Shown here: piece after piece, positions 18,298-27,909 of the stretch | How the letters are laid out: each line of letters begins with the position of its first letter | Position numbering within the stretch: the first letter of the stretch is position 1 | Assembly: GCA_964510585.1 (NCBI GenBank) | Contig: CAZECW010000075.1 | Location: forward strand, 1-32,000 | DNA from: an uncultured archaeon | Lineage (GTDB): Archaea; Asgardarchaeota; Jordiarchaeia; Jordiarchaeales; Jordiarchaeaceae | Length of the DNA: 32,000 bases | Direction of reading: 5' to 3' | Position numbers and translations under genes: made by a program | The notes under the pieces: generated by a model | The model's input: the letters and a program-made list of their open reading frames with translations, nothing else | The model's database searches: none | What the model was told of the DNA's origin: nothing

Positions 18298-18671
18298 TGG
18301 AGAAAATTAAGAGGGATTTCGGATTTCTGACCGATCGCCGTGATGTTCTAGCTGTGCTTCTTTACGGCTCTCAGGCTTCAGGTGAGTCCACTCCGAGGAG
18401 CGATGTTGATATCTGCATTGTAGCCCCGAAAGCAGACCGTGACGAGCTTTTTAGAACAATTTTGAGGCACGTTAGAGAACCTTATGATGTCAAGATATTT
18501 GAATCTCTACCAATGTACTTGAAAATTCAGGTGATCAAAAACCACATCGTAGTCTATGCAAGAGAGATCCTAGACCTGTACGAATACTTCTACACCTACA
18601 GGAAACTCTGGAAGGATCAAGAGAGGCGGAATACACTAACAAAAGAAGATATAGAAACCCTCCTCAAATGA
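18288..18671 (+). CDS. mntA: Minimal nucleotidyltransferase (MntA-like antitoxin)
   Basis: LLYGSQASGESTPRSDVDICIV (GSx10DxD) and YDVKIFESLPMYLKIQVI; overlaps the HEPN gene. Confidence 0.9.
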   Translation: MDLVEKIKRDFGFLTDRRDVLAVLLYGSQASGESTPRSDVDICIVAPKADRDELFRTILRHVREPYDVKIFESLPMYLKIQVIKNHIVVYAREILDLYEYFYTYRKLWKDQERRNTLTKEDIETLLK

Positions 18672-18913
18672 AAGTAAACCATTTAACCCACTTTCCGCAC
18701 CCATTGGTTTATTCTTTTCTATTTTTGCGAAATTTGTAAGTCTATACGAAGAATGCTGAACTTCAAACAATTTTTGGAAATCTCCAAATGCCCCCAAGAA
18801 AAGGACCAGAAACTGGTAAAAACAAAAAAATAACAAAAAATTCACAAAGGATGCGGAATGTGGGATAACTGAACAAGAAGTTTATTTATTGTTGAGAGGC
18901 TAAATATTTTTTT

Positions 18914-19135
18914 ATGAGTATTTTTGTTCTGGATTCTGATGGGTTAATTAAGCTAGTCAAATCTTCTATTATAGAGCAATTGCTCAAGCGATTTTCTTGT
19001 TTCATATCCAGCGAAGTTTACGAGGAGGTTGTGATCAGAGGCAAGGAAAAGTTGTATGAGGATGCCTTCATAATTGAAAAACACGTTAGAGCCGATATTT
19101 TAAAGGTTATGAAGACTAAGGAGAATCAGCACTAA
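18914..19135 (+). pseudogene. Truncated PIN-domain (VapC/DUF3368-like) gene
   Basis: FVLDSDGLIKLVK...ISSEVYEEVV; ends at 73 aa, before the remaining PIN acidic residues. Confidence 0.7.
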
Positions 19136-19330
19136 TCCAACCCTCATCTTATACGAAACCGTATCCACCACCATTTGTGCCCTCTGACAAACATCATGCC
19201 AATATCTTTTTCCACTGGAATCTTAATATACTTTATTTTCGTGGCAAACCACATCCCCGCAATTCTTATAATTAATACATAGAGAATTGGGATTAAACTT
19301 GATAATAATCCCCCGATTTTTTTCATTTTA

Positions 19331-19618
19331 GTGATTGTAGGTAAGTTTATTATAGCCATCTTACTGAAAGAAATCTTTCAGGCTTATTATATGGCTGATC
19401 CCAGTTTAAAAATAATTTTTCCTAAAATATATTATTGGCTTGGAAGGAAAATCTATGGTTACAGAGGTAGACAACTTTACAATCCAAATACCTATGGACT
19501 GAAACCCAATGATGTCTGGTTCGTTAGTAAATTGTTTGATAACACGAATAGAGAAATTGCAGGAGAAACACATCCATTAATAGGAAGAAGTTACGGAGGT
19601 AAAAAATTTAGAGGGTGA
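19331..19618 (+). CDS. Hypothetical ORF or gene fragment
   Basis: Open frame followed by a hairpin; no recognisable motif. Confidence 0.25.
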   Translation: MIVGKFIIAILLKEIFQAYYMADPSLKIIFPKIYYWLGRKIYGYRGRQLYNPNTYGLKPNDVWFVSKLFDNTNREIAGETHPLIGRSYGGKKFRG

Positions 19619-19650
19619 AAAGGAACCCTGCCCTTATTCACCCTCATTTT
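19611..19650. terminator. Stem-loop GAGGGTGAA...TTCACCCTC followed by T run
   Basis: 9-bp stem (19611-19619/19637-19645), extendable by AAGG/CCTT. Confidence 0.45.
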
Positions 19651-19758
19651 CAATAAGTAGGGCTATTATAGATGTAGAGAGAAACACGCGGGTCTTTATT
19701 TTATCTCATACTAAAAAGTGCTCAGCAGTAATACCCCATTAATCGTTCTAGTGTGGCG

Positions 19759-20259
19759 CTAAGTGTATGACGCTACAGCGTAAGGTTGAAGAAAAGTAAC
19801 GTGTGTAATCCACGCTTCGACCGTGTAAGAATTAAAGTATTGATGCCTGTCTACATTAGTCCACACCCTATTTGGGGTTCCAGAGACTAAATCTGCACCG
19901 CTTGGTACGGCGTCAACGAGAGTTATCTTGTAGGGTTCTAGTTGACCATCACTCTCTACCGCAGTATACACATACCAACCGTAGCGTGGAATCCAAGACC
20001 CCCATGACCAAGTGTACCAAACCCATTTCAGATACCAGTAATTAGGTGTTACGATTCCCTTACGTCACTTAGTCGCGTATGCGTGTAGGCTATAGGAGTA
20101 CTCTCCAGAAACATATTTATAGGCATCTAGTGCATTTAAGTAACCGTGCCCGTGGTTGTGTTCCCATCCAGTGTCTCCGATATCGTGTAGTGCGGCTGCA
20201 CGAATAATAGCCGCTCGAACTAATACACCTCTATACTGTCGCAGTTGTATAATCTGAAG
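19759..20259 (-). pseudogene. C-terminal remnant of a subtilase (S8)-like extracellular protein
   Basis: LVRAAIIRAAALHDIGDTGWEHNHGHGYLNALDAY resembles the end of an S8 domain. After an in-frame TGA at 20065-20067 the same frame continues into the listed 19759-19971 ORF. Confidence 0.55.
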
Positions 20260-20446
20260 TCATATCTTAGTAGCATGGATATGAAAGCTATTGGCTTAGG
20301 TTCAGGTATATTGATAATGGGTATTGCACTTGCTTCAATATACTATATTAGAAAAAGAAGTGTCTTCAAGCATTAAAAAAGTAAGCCCGAATGATTCTTT
20401 TCCAATTTTTTTCTTGCCAATTCACTTTGTAAATAAAATTGAATGG

Positions 20447-21535
20447 TTAATGGATTCTTTGTTTTTCATATTCTATGATTACGTCTCGGGCTTTTTCAAC
20501 GGGTATTTCTTCTTTTACCCTAATCATGGTTATTGCTTCCTTTGGGCATTTGCTGGAACATAGGCCGCATCCGATGCATCTTTCTTCCTCAATTTTTATC
20601 AGGTTATCTGTTAAATCATCATTGTGGGGGTAGTGGTGGTATATTGCTCCCATTGGACATATCTTGATACAGGATTCGCATAGTGTGCATTTTTCTTTGT
20701 TGATTTGGGGTTGGAAGTTTGATTTGGTTAGGGTTCTGGGATTGTTCAGTTCCGTGAGTCCTCTTAGGAAGCCGCAGCAGCAGGGGCAGCAGTTGCATAT
20801 GAAGTTTGGTTTCTGCTGTTGATTATTGGTTATGTGTACCAGTCCTGCTTCTTCTGCTTTTTTGAGTATTTCGAGGGCTTCCTCGTAGCTTACGTATCTT
20901 GCTCCTCGGTGCTTCACCAAGTAGTCTGCGGTGGAGTCGAAGTTCATGCAAACCTCTAGTGGTTTTTCGCAATGGTCAAAGGTTGATCGGCAGACACAGT
21001 TGATTACTGCTATGCTGCGGGCGTCTTTGATGTATTGGCTTACCCTCTCGAAAGTTAAAATTTCTGCTTTGGTGTCTAGTTTTTGCTCTACTGGTATGAC
21101 TCTTATGAAGGGGTAATTGGAGGCCCCCAGTTCCATTCCCCAGTACTTGTAGATTTTGTTAAATATTCTCCTTACTTCTCTTCGCTCGTCAGTTGGTTCT
21201 CCTTCCATGAACCATTCGAAAACTCCAGGCACGAAGGGCATCATTGCATAGTACAATTTTTTATCGCTTTTACCTTCAAACTCAAAAATCAGGCCTTTTT
21301 TAGCCGCATCCTCAATAGCTACTTTGATTTCCTCCTTGTCTCGGCCTAGTTTCTCCGCTATTTGTTCCACGGTTTTGGGCTCTATAAATGGTCCGTCAAA
21401 AGCGGAGGAAACTAGTTCTGCTTCTTCGGGTTTAAACATTATTTTGAGTACTCTCAGAGTGTCTTTAGATTTTGGAATTTTAAGAGGCCATTTGTTTAAT
21501 TTATTAAATAATTGGTCATAAACTTCATCGCTCAT
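20447..21535 (-). CDS. 4Fe-4S dicluster-domain protein with Cys-rich central region
   Basis: CVCR..C..C, ICNCCPCCCGFLRG, CTLCESCIKICP and CIGCGLCSSKCP. Confidence 0.9.
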   Translation of the reverse strand: MSDEVYDQLFNKLNKWPLKIPKSKDTLRVLKIMFKPEEAELVSSAFDGPFIEPKTVEQIAEKLGRDKEEIKVAIEDAAKKGLIFEFEGKSDKKLYYAMMPFVPGVFEWFMEGEPTDERREVRRIFNKIYKYWGMELGASNYPFIRVIPVEQKLDTKAEILTFERVSQYIKDARSIAVINCVCRSTFDHCEKPLEVCMNFDSTADYLVKHRGARYVSYEEALEILKKAEEAGLVHITNNQQQKPNFICNCCPCCCGFLRGLTELNNPRTLTKSNFQPQINKEKCTLCESCIKICPMGAIYHHYPHNDDLTDNLIKIEEERCIGCGLCSSKCPKEAITMIRVKEEIPVEKARDVIIEYEKQRIH

Positions 21536-21723
21536 AGAAGGTTCGCCTCGGCAAGCTATCTTGAACAGGAGTGTAAGGGAGTTATAAGGTTGAGTGCTTT
21601 ATATCTTTCTCCGCTGTGACAGTATTAATTATTTTTGAATTGTATTTTTTAAAAAAATTTTATATAGATGGTTAAAATAATTAACAAGTCATATATCTTC
21701 TGAAAGTGAAGGAAGGTTGTGGT

Positions 21724-21803
21724 ATGAGTATTGACTTGGGAAATAACCGTCTAAATGTTGGCAACCAGTTGGTTAGAGCAGCTTGGAGGTATCCAGACAA
21801 GGA
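21724..21803 (+). repeat. 80-nt direct repeat, copy 1 (partner 24835-24914)
   Basis: One mismatch in 80 nt, including 68 contiguous identical nt. Confidence 0.9.
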
Positions 21804-23265
21804 AGCGGTGGTCTGCAAGGGCAAAAGGTTAACCTTTAAGGAGTTGAATTCTAGAGCTAATAGTTTGGCTCATGGAATCATGGATCTGGGTTTAAAAAAG
21901 GGAGACTTTGTTTCTGCTTTAATGATGAATTGTACCGAGTATGTTGAGACTTATTTCGCGTTGGCAAAGATGGGAGCAATTATCGCTCCATTGAACTATA
22001 GGTTGACCCCCAATGAGCTTGTTCAACTCATCAATCAGTGTGAAGCTAGAGCAATAATTTTCGGTCAAGAGTTCAAAGATTTGGTTAAAAATTTGCGCCC
22101 ACATATTGGAACCGTGAAGCATTATATCTGCGTTGGAGAAGAAGTGGTTCAAGACGTTATTCCATATGAGGACTTAGCTACTGGTTACTCTACAGGTGAG
22201 CCGAATGTTGATGTTTTTCAAGACGACGGTCAATTTATGAATACTACTTCTGGTACCACGGGTTTACCCAAGGCGTCCATAATGTCGCATTTTAACAATC
22301 TCGCAGTGGTTATGCAGATTTCACTTGAAATTGGGTTAACATCGGACAAGGTTTTCATGACCGTTCTTCCACTATTCAACAGAGTTGGGTGGACCACAAC
22401 TCTTACCGCAGTTAGCTGCGGATGTAAGAATGTTATCACAGAGATTGACCCCAAAGCAATACTAGAGGCAATCCAAGAAGAGAAAGTGAACATGGTGAAC
22501 TTTGTACCCGTGATAACGAATCTTTTAATGCTTGTTCCCGAATTTGAAAAATATGACACCAGTTCCATGGAGCTCATCATATATGCGGGAATGCCCCTAA
22601 CTTCCGAAACCCGAGAGGCAACCTACAAGTACTTTGCACCCAAAATCTCTGAGTATTACGGCTCCACAGAAACTTCCCTAATAACATATTGTAATCCTGA
22701 AGTAAAGAGAAGGAAACCAACCTCTCTGGGAACTCCAGTATTTGGAGTGGAATTAAGACTAGTTGATGAAAAGGATCAAGATGTACCCCTAGGGGAAATA
22801 GGAGAAATTATTATAAGGTCTCCCGCTCTAAACGCCAACTATTTCAATAATCCCGAAAAAGCGAAAAAAGACATGCGTGGCGGATGGTTCCACACCGGTG
22901 ATTTGGGAAGATTCGACGAAGAACGACATCTATACGTTGTGGGCAGAGTTGAGGACATGATTATTAGTGGAGTTGACAAAATTTTCGCCCCAGAAGTGGA
23001 AGAGGTGATACAGAAACACCCTAAAGTCGGGCAGTGCGCAGTAATCGGATTACCAGATAAATCCCTAGGCAAAGTGGTTACCGCTGTAGTAACCCCCAAG
23101 CCGGGAGAAAATGTGGATGAGAGAGAAATTATAGAGTTTTGTAAGGGTAAAATAGCAGATTTCAAAATACCGAAAAAGGTGAAAACAATAGAAGCTATTC
23201 CAAGAACCCCCACCGGGAAAGCCATAAAGTTCCAACTGGTGAAGAGATTTTCGGAACAAGAGTGA
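21724..23265 (+). CDS. AMP-binding acyl-CoA synthetase (ANL superfamily), paralog 1
   Basis: TSGTTGLPKA, YYGSTE, GEIGEI, GWFHTGDLG and TGK. Confidence 0.92.
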   Translation: MSIDLGNNRLNVGNQLVRAAWRYPDKEAVVCKGKRLTFKELNSRANSLAHGIMDLGLKKGDFVSALMMNCTEYVETYFALAKMGAIIAPLNYRLTPNELVQLINQCEARAIIFGQEFKDLVKNLRPHIGTVKHYICVGEEVVQDVIPYEDLATGYSTGEPNVDVFQDDGQFMNTTSGTTGLPKASIMSHFNNLAVVMQISLEIGLTSDKVFMTVLPLFNRVGWTTTLTAVSCGCKNVITEIDPKAILEAIQEEKVNMVNFVPVITNLLMLVPEFEKYDTSSMELIIYAGMPLTSETREATYKYFAPKISEYYGSTETSLITYCNPEVKRRKPTSLGTPVFGVELRLVDEKDQDVPLGEIGEIIIRSPALNANYFNNPEKAKKDMRGGWFHTGDLGRFDEERHLYVVGRVEDMIISGVDKIFAPEVEEVIQKHPKVGQCAVIGLPDKSLGKVVTAVVTPKPGENVDEREIIEFCKGKIADFKIPKKVKTIEAIPRTPTGKAIKFQLVKRFSEQE

Positions 23266-23401
23266 TATAGAATAAGATAAGGTTAAAGATAAGTCAAATT
23301 TCTAATTTGTATAAAGGATTCTTCTTTTTTACTTATAACTTTTGTTGAAGTAAATATTTTTTAGATACCAAAAAATAAAGATGGGAAAGAGGTGACTGAA
23401 T

Positions 23402-24109
23402 ATGAGAATAAAAATTATTAACCCAAATACGCATTTGGAGGGAACAAAACGCATAGAAAGAGTGGCTAAAGCACATGCCAGAGCAGACACGGAGGTTATA
23501 GCGGTTAGTCCCAAAAAAGGACCGGACGCTATTGAAGGTTCTTACGATGAAGCCTTGGCAGTACCTGGAGTCCTAGAAGAAATAAAGAGGGGGATAGAGG
23601 ATGGCTACGATGGCTTCATAATTGCATGCTTTTTGGATACAGGTCTTTATGCTGCTAGAGAACTGACTGATAAACCAGTTATAGGAATTGGTGAGGCCTC
23701 TATGCACATGGCCTGTATGCTGGGACGCAGATTCTCTATGCTCTTGCCTGCACCGAGATGGGATATAACCTATGTTTTGGCAGAGTTTGTCCGGAGATAC
23801 GGTTTAGAGAATAGGTTCGCATCGGCCAGAGGTATAGGATTGGGGGTATTAGACATCGATAAAGACATAGGTAAAACCCTAGAGATTCTCAAAGAGGAGG
23901 GAACTAAAGCCATTCTACAGGACGGTGCAGAGGTTATTTTGCTTGGCTGCGCAGGATTTGCGGAACTAGACAAGAAGCTTGAGAAAGAATTGGGAGTTCC
24001 AGTAATAGATCCCGTTATTGCAGCGTTAAAATTCATGGAAGCAATACTGGACTACGGCAAAAAAACGAGTAAAATCTCCTTCAGGCTGCCAGAGAGACTG
24101 AGAAAATAA
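23402..24109 (+). CDS. Asp/Glu/hydantoin (allantoin-type) racemase
   Basis: MRIKIINPNT, IIACFLDTGL, PVIGIGEAS, ILLGCAGF and GVPVIDPV (two catalytic Cys). Confidence 0.92.
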   Translation: MRIKIINPNTHLEGTKRIERVAKAHARADTEVIAVSPKKGPDAIEGSYDEALAVPGVLEEIKRGIEDGYDGFIIACFLDTGLYAARELTDKPVIGIGEASMHMACMLGRRFSMLLPAPRWDITYVLAEFVRRYGLENRFASARGIGLGVLDIDKDIGKTLEILKEEGTKAILQDGAEVILLGCAGFAELDKKLEKELGVPVIDPVIAALKFMEAILDYGKKTSKISFRLPERLRK

Positions 24110-24834
24110 GTCAATGAATCGAGATAATCAAAAACCATATCTATAAAAAGTAGTAAGATACTATGAAACTGCAGTTGGTGTTTCCTTTATTTATTGGGAT
24201 AGAACCACTTTTCCTTCAATGTCCTTTTTTTCCGTTCTCAAATATTTTGAATTATTTAAATTTTATACGATCCTCAGCATCAAAAATTCTCGGAAGAATT
24301 TAAATATAAGTGATTCTTGTCAATTTACAAAAAACTGTTTATCTTAACTCTCAGGTATAGAGAGATAAGGTTGTTGGGTGAAGAGAGATCCTTCAGTATT
24401 TTAGCATTTGTTAAAAAGTGTTCGAAGAACATCGGGGAATTTGAGTCCTCCAGACTTGATTTGATGTGTATGAAGCTAGCTGGGAATTTTAATCTGAGGA
24501 AGTTGATGAAATAATTTCTTAATTATTGGGAAAGGGCATACTTTTTTAGAAACCTAATAGGGTGAACTCCAACGTAGATACGGAAGGGTACTCTGCTTTT
24601 TTCGATTTATGGTGCTAAAACCACTTTTTGGAATTGGTTAGCATACATAATATTTTATAGCTATACAGGAAATCGTTCTTGAAGCCTGTATCATACTGTT
24701 TATTGTTTTTTATTAATGGTTTATATAAAAATTCAGAATATTATTGAAGAATGGGAAATATTTAAAACGTGTACATATTAAAATAAGAAACTTAAATAGC
24801 TAATTTTTGGAAGGAAGAGCGTGGAGGATATACT

Positions 24835-24914
24835 ATGAGTATTGATTTGGGAAATAACCGTCTAAATGTTGGCAACCAGTTGGTTAGAGCAGCTTGGAGG
24901 TATCCAGACAAGGA
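24835..24914 (+). repeat. 80-nt direct repeat, copy 2
   Basis: Matches 21724-21803 except GAT versus GAC at codon 4. Confidence 0.9.
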
Positions 24915-26370
24915 GGCTATAGTTTGTAAGGGTAAGCGTGTTACCTTCAAGGAGCTTAACAGACGAGCTAACAGTTTAGCCCACGGATTGATGGGTCTTG
25001 GAATTAGGAAGGGAGACTTTGTCGCAATAATTCTTATGAACTGTGTGGAATTTGTCGAAACTTACTTCGCTTTAGCAAAGATTGGAGCAATTGCCGCCCC
25101 ACAAAACTATAGGCTCACCCCGAACGATATTGAACAACTTATTAATCAGTGCGAAGCAAAAGCACTAATTTACGGTAGTGAGTTTAAGGATTTAGTCAAA
25201 AATTTGCGTTCAAAATTGAAGTCAGTTAAAAACTACATATACGTTGGAGGGGGAGAGTTCGAAGACGCTATCCCCTACGAAGAATTGGCGACAGCGCATT
25301 CAACTGAGGAGCCGAAGGTTGACATTTTCCAAGATGACGGCCAATACATGAATTATACTTCAGGCACTACTGGGTTGCCGAAGGCTTCGATAATGACTCA
25401 TTATAATAATCTTATGGCGGTATCGCAGATAGCTATGGAGGTAGGATTTGACTCAAGCTGGGTCATAATGACAGTATTTCCACTGTTTCACCGGGTAGGA
25501 TGGGTAACTGTATTGGCGGGGGTTACATTGTGTTGTAAAAATGTTATAACGGAAATAGATCCAAAGAGTATACTTGAAAACATTGAGAGGGAAAAGGTCA
25601 ACTTCGTCAATTTTGTTCCAGTAATAACGAATCTTCTTATGATGGTACCCGACTTTGACAAGTATGATATGAGTTCACTTAGAACAATTGTGTACGCAGC
25701 AGCTCCGCTAACTACTGAGGTGAGGGAAGCTACTCAAAAATATTTCACAAAGAACATAGCAGAGTATTATGGAAATACCGAGAGTTCTATTCTGGTTTAT
25801 TGTAACCCGGAGATGAAAAGAACTCACCCCACATCTGTGGGCACACCTGCATTCGGAGTTGAGCTACGATTAGTTGACGAGAATGATAAAGATGTGCCAA
25901 TAGGAGAGATCGGTGAGATTGTCTGTAGGTCTCCAGCATTGAATGCTAACTACTTTAAGAACCCTGAGAAAACAAAACAGGCGATGCGAAACGGTTGGTT
26001 CCATATGGGAGACCTTGGCAGATTCGATGAGGATGGACACTTGTACATTGTAGGAAGGGTGGAGGATCTAATCATTAGCGGTACAGACAGAATTTTTGCA
26101 CCAGAAGTGGAAGACCTACTTAGACAGAATCCTAAAGTTCAAGACTGCGCAGTTATAGGGTTACCAGATAAAGTATTGGGCAAAAAGGTCACCGCAATAA
26201 TAACACCCAAACCGGGAACACAAGTAAATGAAAAGGAGTTGATAGAATACTGCAAAGGTAAAATCGCCGATTTCAAAATACCTAAGAAGATAATAATAAG
26301 TGAGATGATACCAAGAACTGCTACTGGAAAAATTCTAAAATACCAGCTTGTGGAAAAATATTCCCATTAA
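24835..26370 (+). CDS. AMP-binding acyl-CoA synthetase (ANL superfamily), paralog 2
   Basis: YTSGTTGLPKA, PLFH, YYGNTE, GWFHMGDLG and TGKILK; GGAGG ribosome site. Confidence 0.92.
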   Translation: MSIDLGNNRLNVGNQLVRAAWRYPDKEAIVCKGKRVTFKELNRRANSLAHGLMGLGIRKGDFVAIILMNCVEFVETYFALAKIGAIAAPQNYRLTPNDIEQLINQCEAKALIYGSEFKDLVKNLRSKLKSVKNYIYVGGGEFEDAIPYEELATAHSTEEPKVDIFQDDGQYMNYTSGTTGLPKASIMTHYNNLMAVSQIAMEVGFDSSWVIMTVFPLFHRVGWVTVLAGVTLCCKNVITEIDPKSILENIEREKVNFVNFVPVITNLLMMVPDFDKYDMSSLRTIVYAAAPLTTEVREATQKYFTKNIAEYYGNTESSILVYCNPEMKRTHPTSVGTPAFGVELRLVDENDKDVPIGEIGEIVCRSPALNANYFKNPEKTKQAMRNGWFHMGDLGRFDEDGHLYIVGRVEDLIISGTDRIFAPEVEDLLRQNPKVQDCAVIGLPDKVLGKKVTAIITPKPGTQVNEKELIEYCKGKIADFKIPKKIIISEMIPRTATGKILKYQLVEKYSH

Positions 26371-26536
26371 TCTTTCCTTTTTCTTTTATTGCGAATTTCT
26401 CTCTTGGTAACTTTTCCTTGGGGATGTAGTAAGAAATAAATGCTTTGAATCTTATTGGAATTTGAGATAGTGATAAAGCCTTTGGTATAGATCTTCCCCA
26501 AAGCCATTGGTCCTTAGTTAAATTATTAATTCCCAT

Positions 26537-27907
26537 ATGGATGGAGGATGGTTGGATAAACAGTTATCTAAAAAATTTGTGAAGCAGGTTAAAAAAAGGA
26601 TTCCATGGATTGACCATTTGATTGAGGATTATTCTACTGCTTTGGAGTTTAACCCGGAACTCATAGATTATTCTGTGCCTAAGCAGTCTGTCTGTCTTCT
26701 GTGTAGGGGTACAAGGATGTTGTGTGGAAAAAAGAAGTGTCCTCTGCTTGAGCGTTTTTATAGTTATGTTAGGGTGTCGAGGAGTTTTGATGGAACTCAG
26801 CTGGTTGGTGATTCTCCGCCGAGTGCCTTTGTGGGTAGAAAGGGGTATCCTTATGTTTATGCTGGTCCGATGGTTCCTCCGGAGAGGGGTGACACCAGTA
26901 TTTATGATGTTCCTGAGTTATGGTATGGGAAGGATGTGGAGGAGATAATTGGTTTTAGATGCAAACTGGTGCGGGGTATGTTTATCACAGATGTTAGGGA
27001 TGCCAACTCGGATAACAAGTTGCTTAGGGATACCAGGGAACTGGCTCTTGCTGGTGAGCCTGTGGACGCTGAGGTTATATTGAAGAAGAAGCCTAAGCAT
27101 CGCCTTTTGCTATCTAGTGAGGTGCAGCCTATGGGCCCCTCCGCGCCCCTTGAGAACATTAACATTGGGTCGTTGAAGGTGCCAAAAATTGTGGATAAGG
27201 TGTATTTTGACACTGATCTTAAAGCCCTTGATGGGATGTTGATGCTCTACGAGAATGGTTTGCCTGTTACCAGGATACAGCGGATTTTGAGTGTTGGCGC
27301 TATGGGAATTAAAGATAATAGGAAATTGGTGCCCACCAGGTGGAGTATTACTGCTGTGGATAGCAATATCTCCAAATTTTTGAGGGAAAACGTGAAGGAT
27401 TTCCCATTGATTAATGATTATTTGGTGTATGAGGCGGATTATCTTGATAACAGGTTTGTTGTTCTTATGATGCCGAGGCCTTGGAGCTACGAGTTGATAG
27501 AGGCATGGTTTCCGGGCACTTTGTGGAACCCTGATAGGGAGCATGTGGGTATGGCTGCGGATTGGGAGCCATATTGGGGTAGAACTACTTATGCCAGTAT
27601 TGGGGGATGCTACTACGCTGCTAGACTTGCGGTTACGGAGCATCTTCTTCGGGAGAGGAGGCAGGCATCTGTAGTTATTTTCCGAGAAACGCTTCCTGGA
27701 AATTTGATGCCTCTGGGGGTGTGGCTGGTTAGGGAATGTGTGAGGGATGCTTTAAGAAGGGAACCGGTTAAGTTTCAAACATTGGAGGACGCTCTTCAAC
27801 ATGTTAAAACTCGGCTTCGCATTGGTATGAAACATTGGTTGCAGGTGAGTGGGGTATTGTCTGAAGTTAGGAAGCAGCGTTTATTAACTGAGTTTTTAGG
27901 GTTTTAA
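26537..27907 (+). CDS. nreA: Nre family DNA repair protein
   Basis: CLLCRGTRMLCGKKKCP, SPPSAFVGRKGYP, LVPTRWSITAVD, GGCYYAARL and C-terminal PIP-like QRLLTEF. Confidence 0.92.
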   Translation: MDGGWLDKQLSKKFVKQVKKRIPWIDHLIEDYSTALEFNPELIDYSVPKQSVCLLCRGTRMLCGKKKCPLLERFYSYVRVSRSFDGTQLVGDSPPSAFVGRKGYPYVYAGPMVPPERGDTSIYDVPELWYGKDVEEIIGFRCKLVRGMFITDVRDANSDNKLLRDTRELALAGEPVDAEVILKKKPKHRLLLSSEVQPMGPSAPLENINIGSLKVPKIVDKVYFDTDLKALDGMLMLYENGLPVTRIQRILSVGAMGIKDNRKLVPTRWSITAVDSNISKFLRENVKDFPLINDYLVYEADYLDNRFVVLMMPRPWSYELIEAWFPGTLWNPDREHVGMAADWEPYWGRTTYASIGGCYYAARLAVTEHLLRERRQASVVIFRETLPGNLMPLGVWLVRECVRDALRREPVKFQTLEDALQHVKTRLRIGMKHWLQVSGVLSEVRKQRLLTEFLGF

Positions 27908-27909
27908 CC

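Noticed and set aside
17715..19150. 11-bp inverted repeat AAGATGAGGGT (17715-17725 / 19140-19150) around HEPN-MNT-PIN, with ACCCTCAT again at 19640
   Set aside because: Matches this short are expected many times by chance in 32 kb; no target duplication or transposase, although one copy sits near the PIN truncation
19144..19359. 71-aa hydrophobic minus-strand ORF
   Set aside because: No ribosome site or motif, and it overlaps an opposite-strand ORF; cannot be supported
20065..20067. In-frame TGA as selenocysteine
   Set aside because: No redox-motif context or evident SECIS, and the gene lacks its 5' part; a TGG-to-TGA nonsense change is simpler
24663..24691. ATACAGG/CCTGTAT 7-bp inverted repeat upstream of ligase 2
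   Set aside because: Short stem with a long loop and no counterpart upstream of ligase 1
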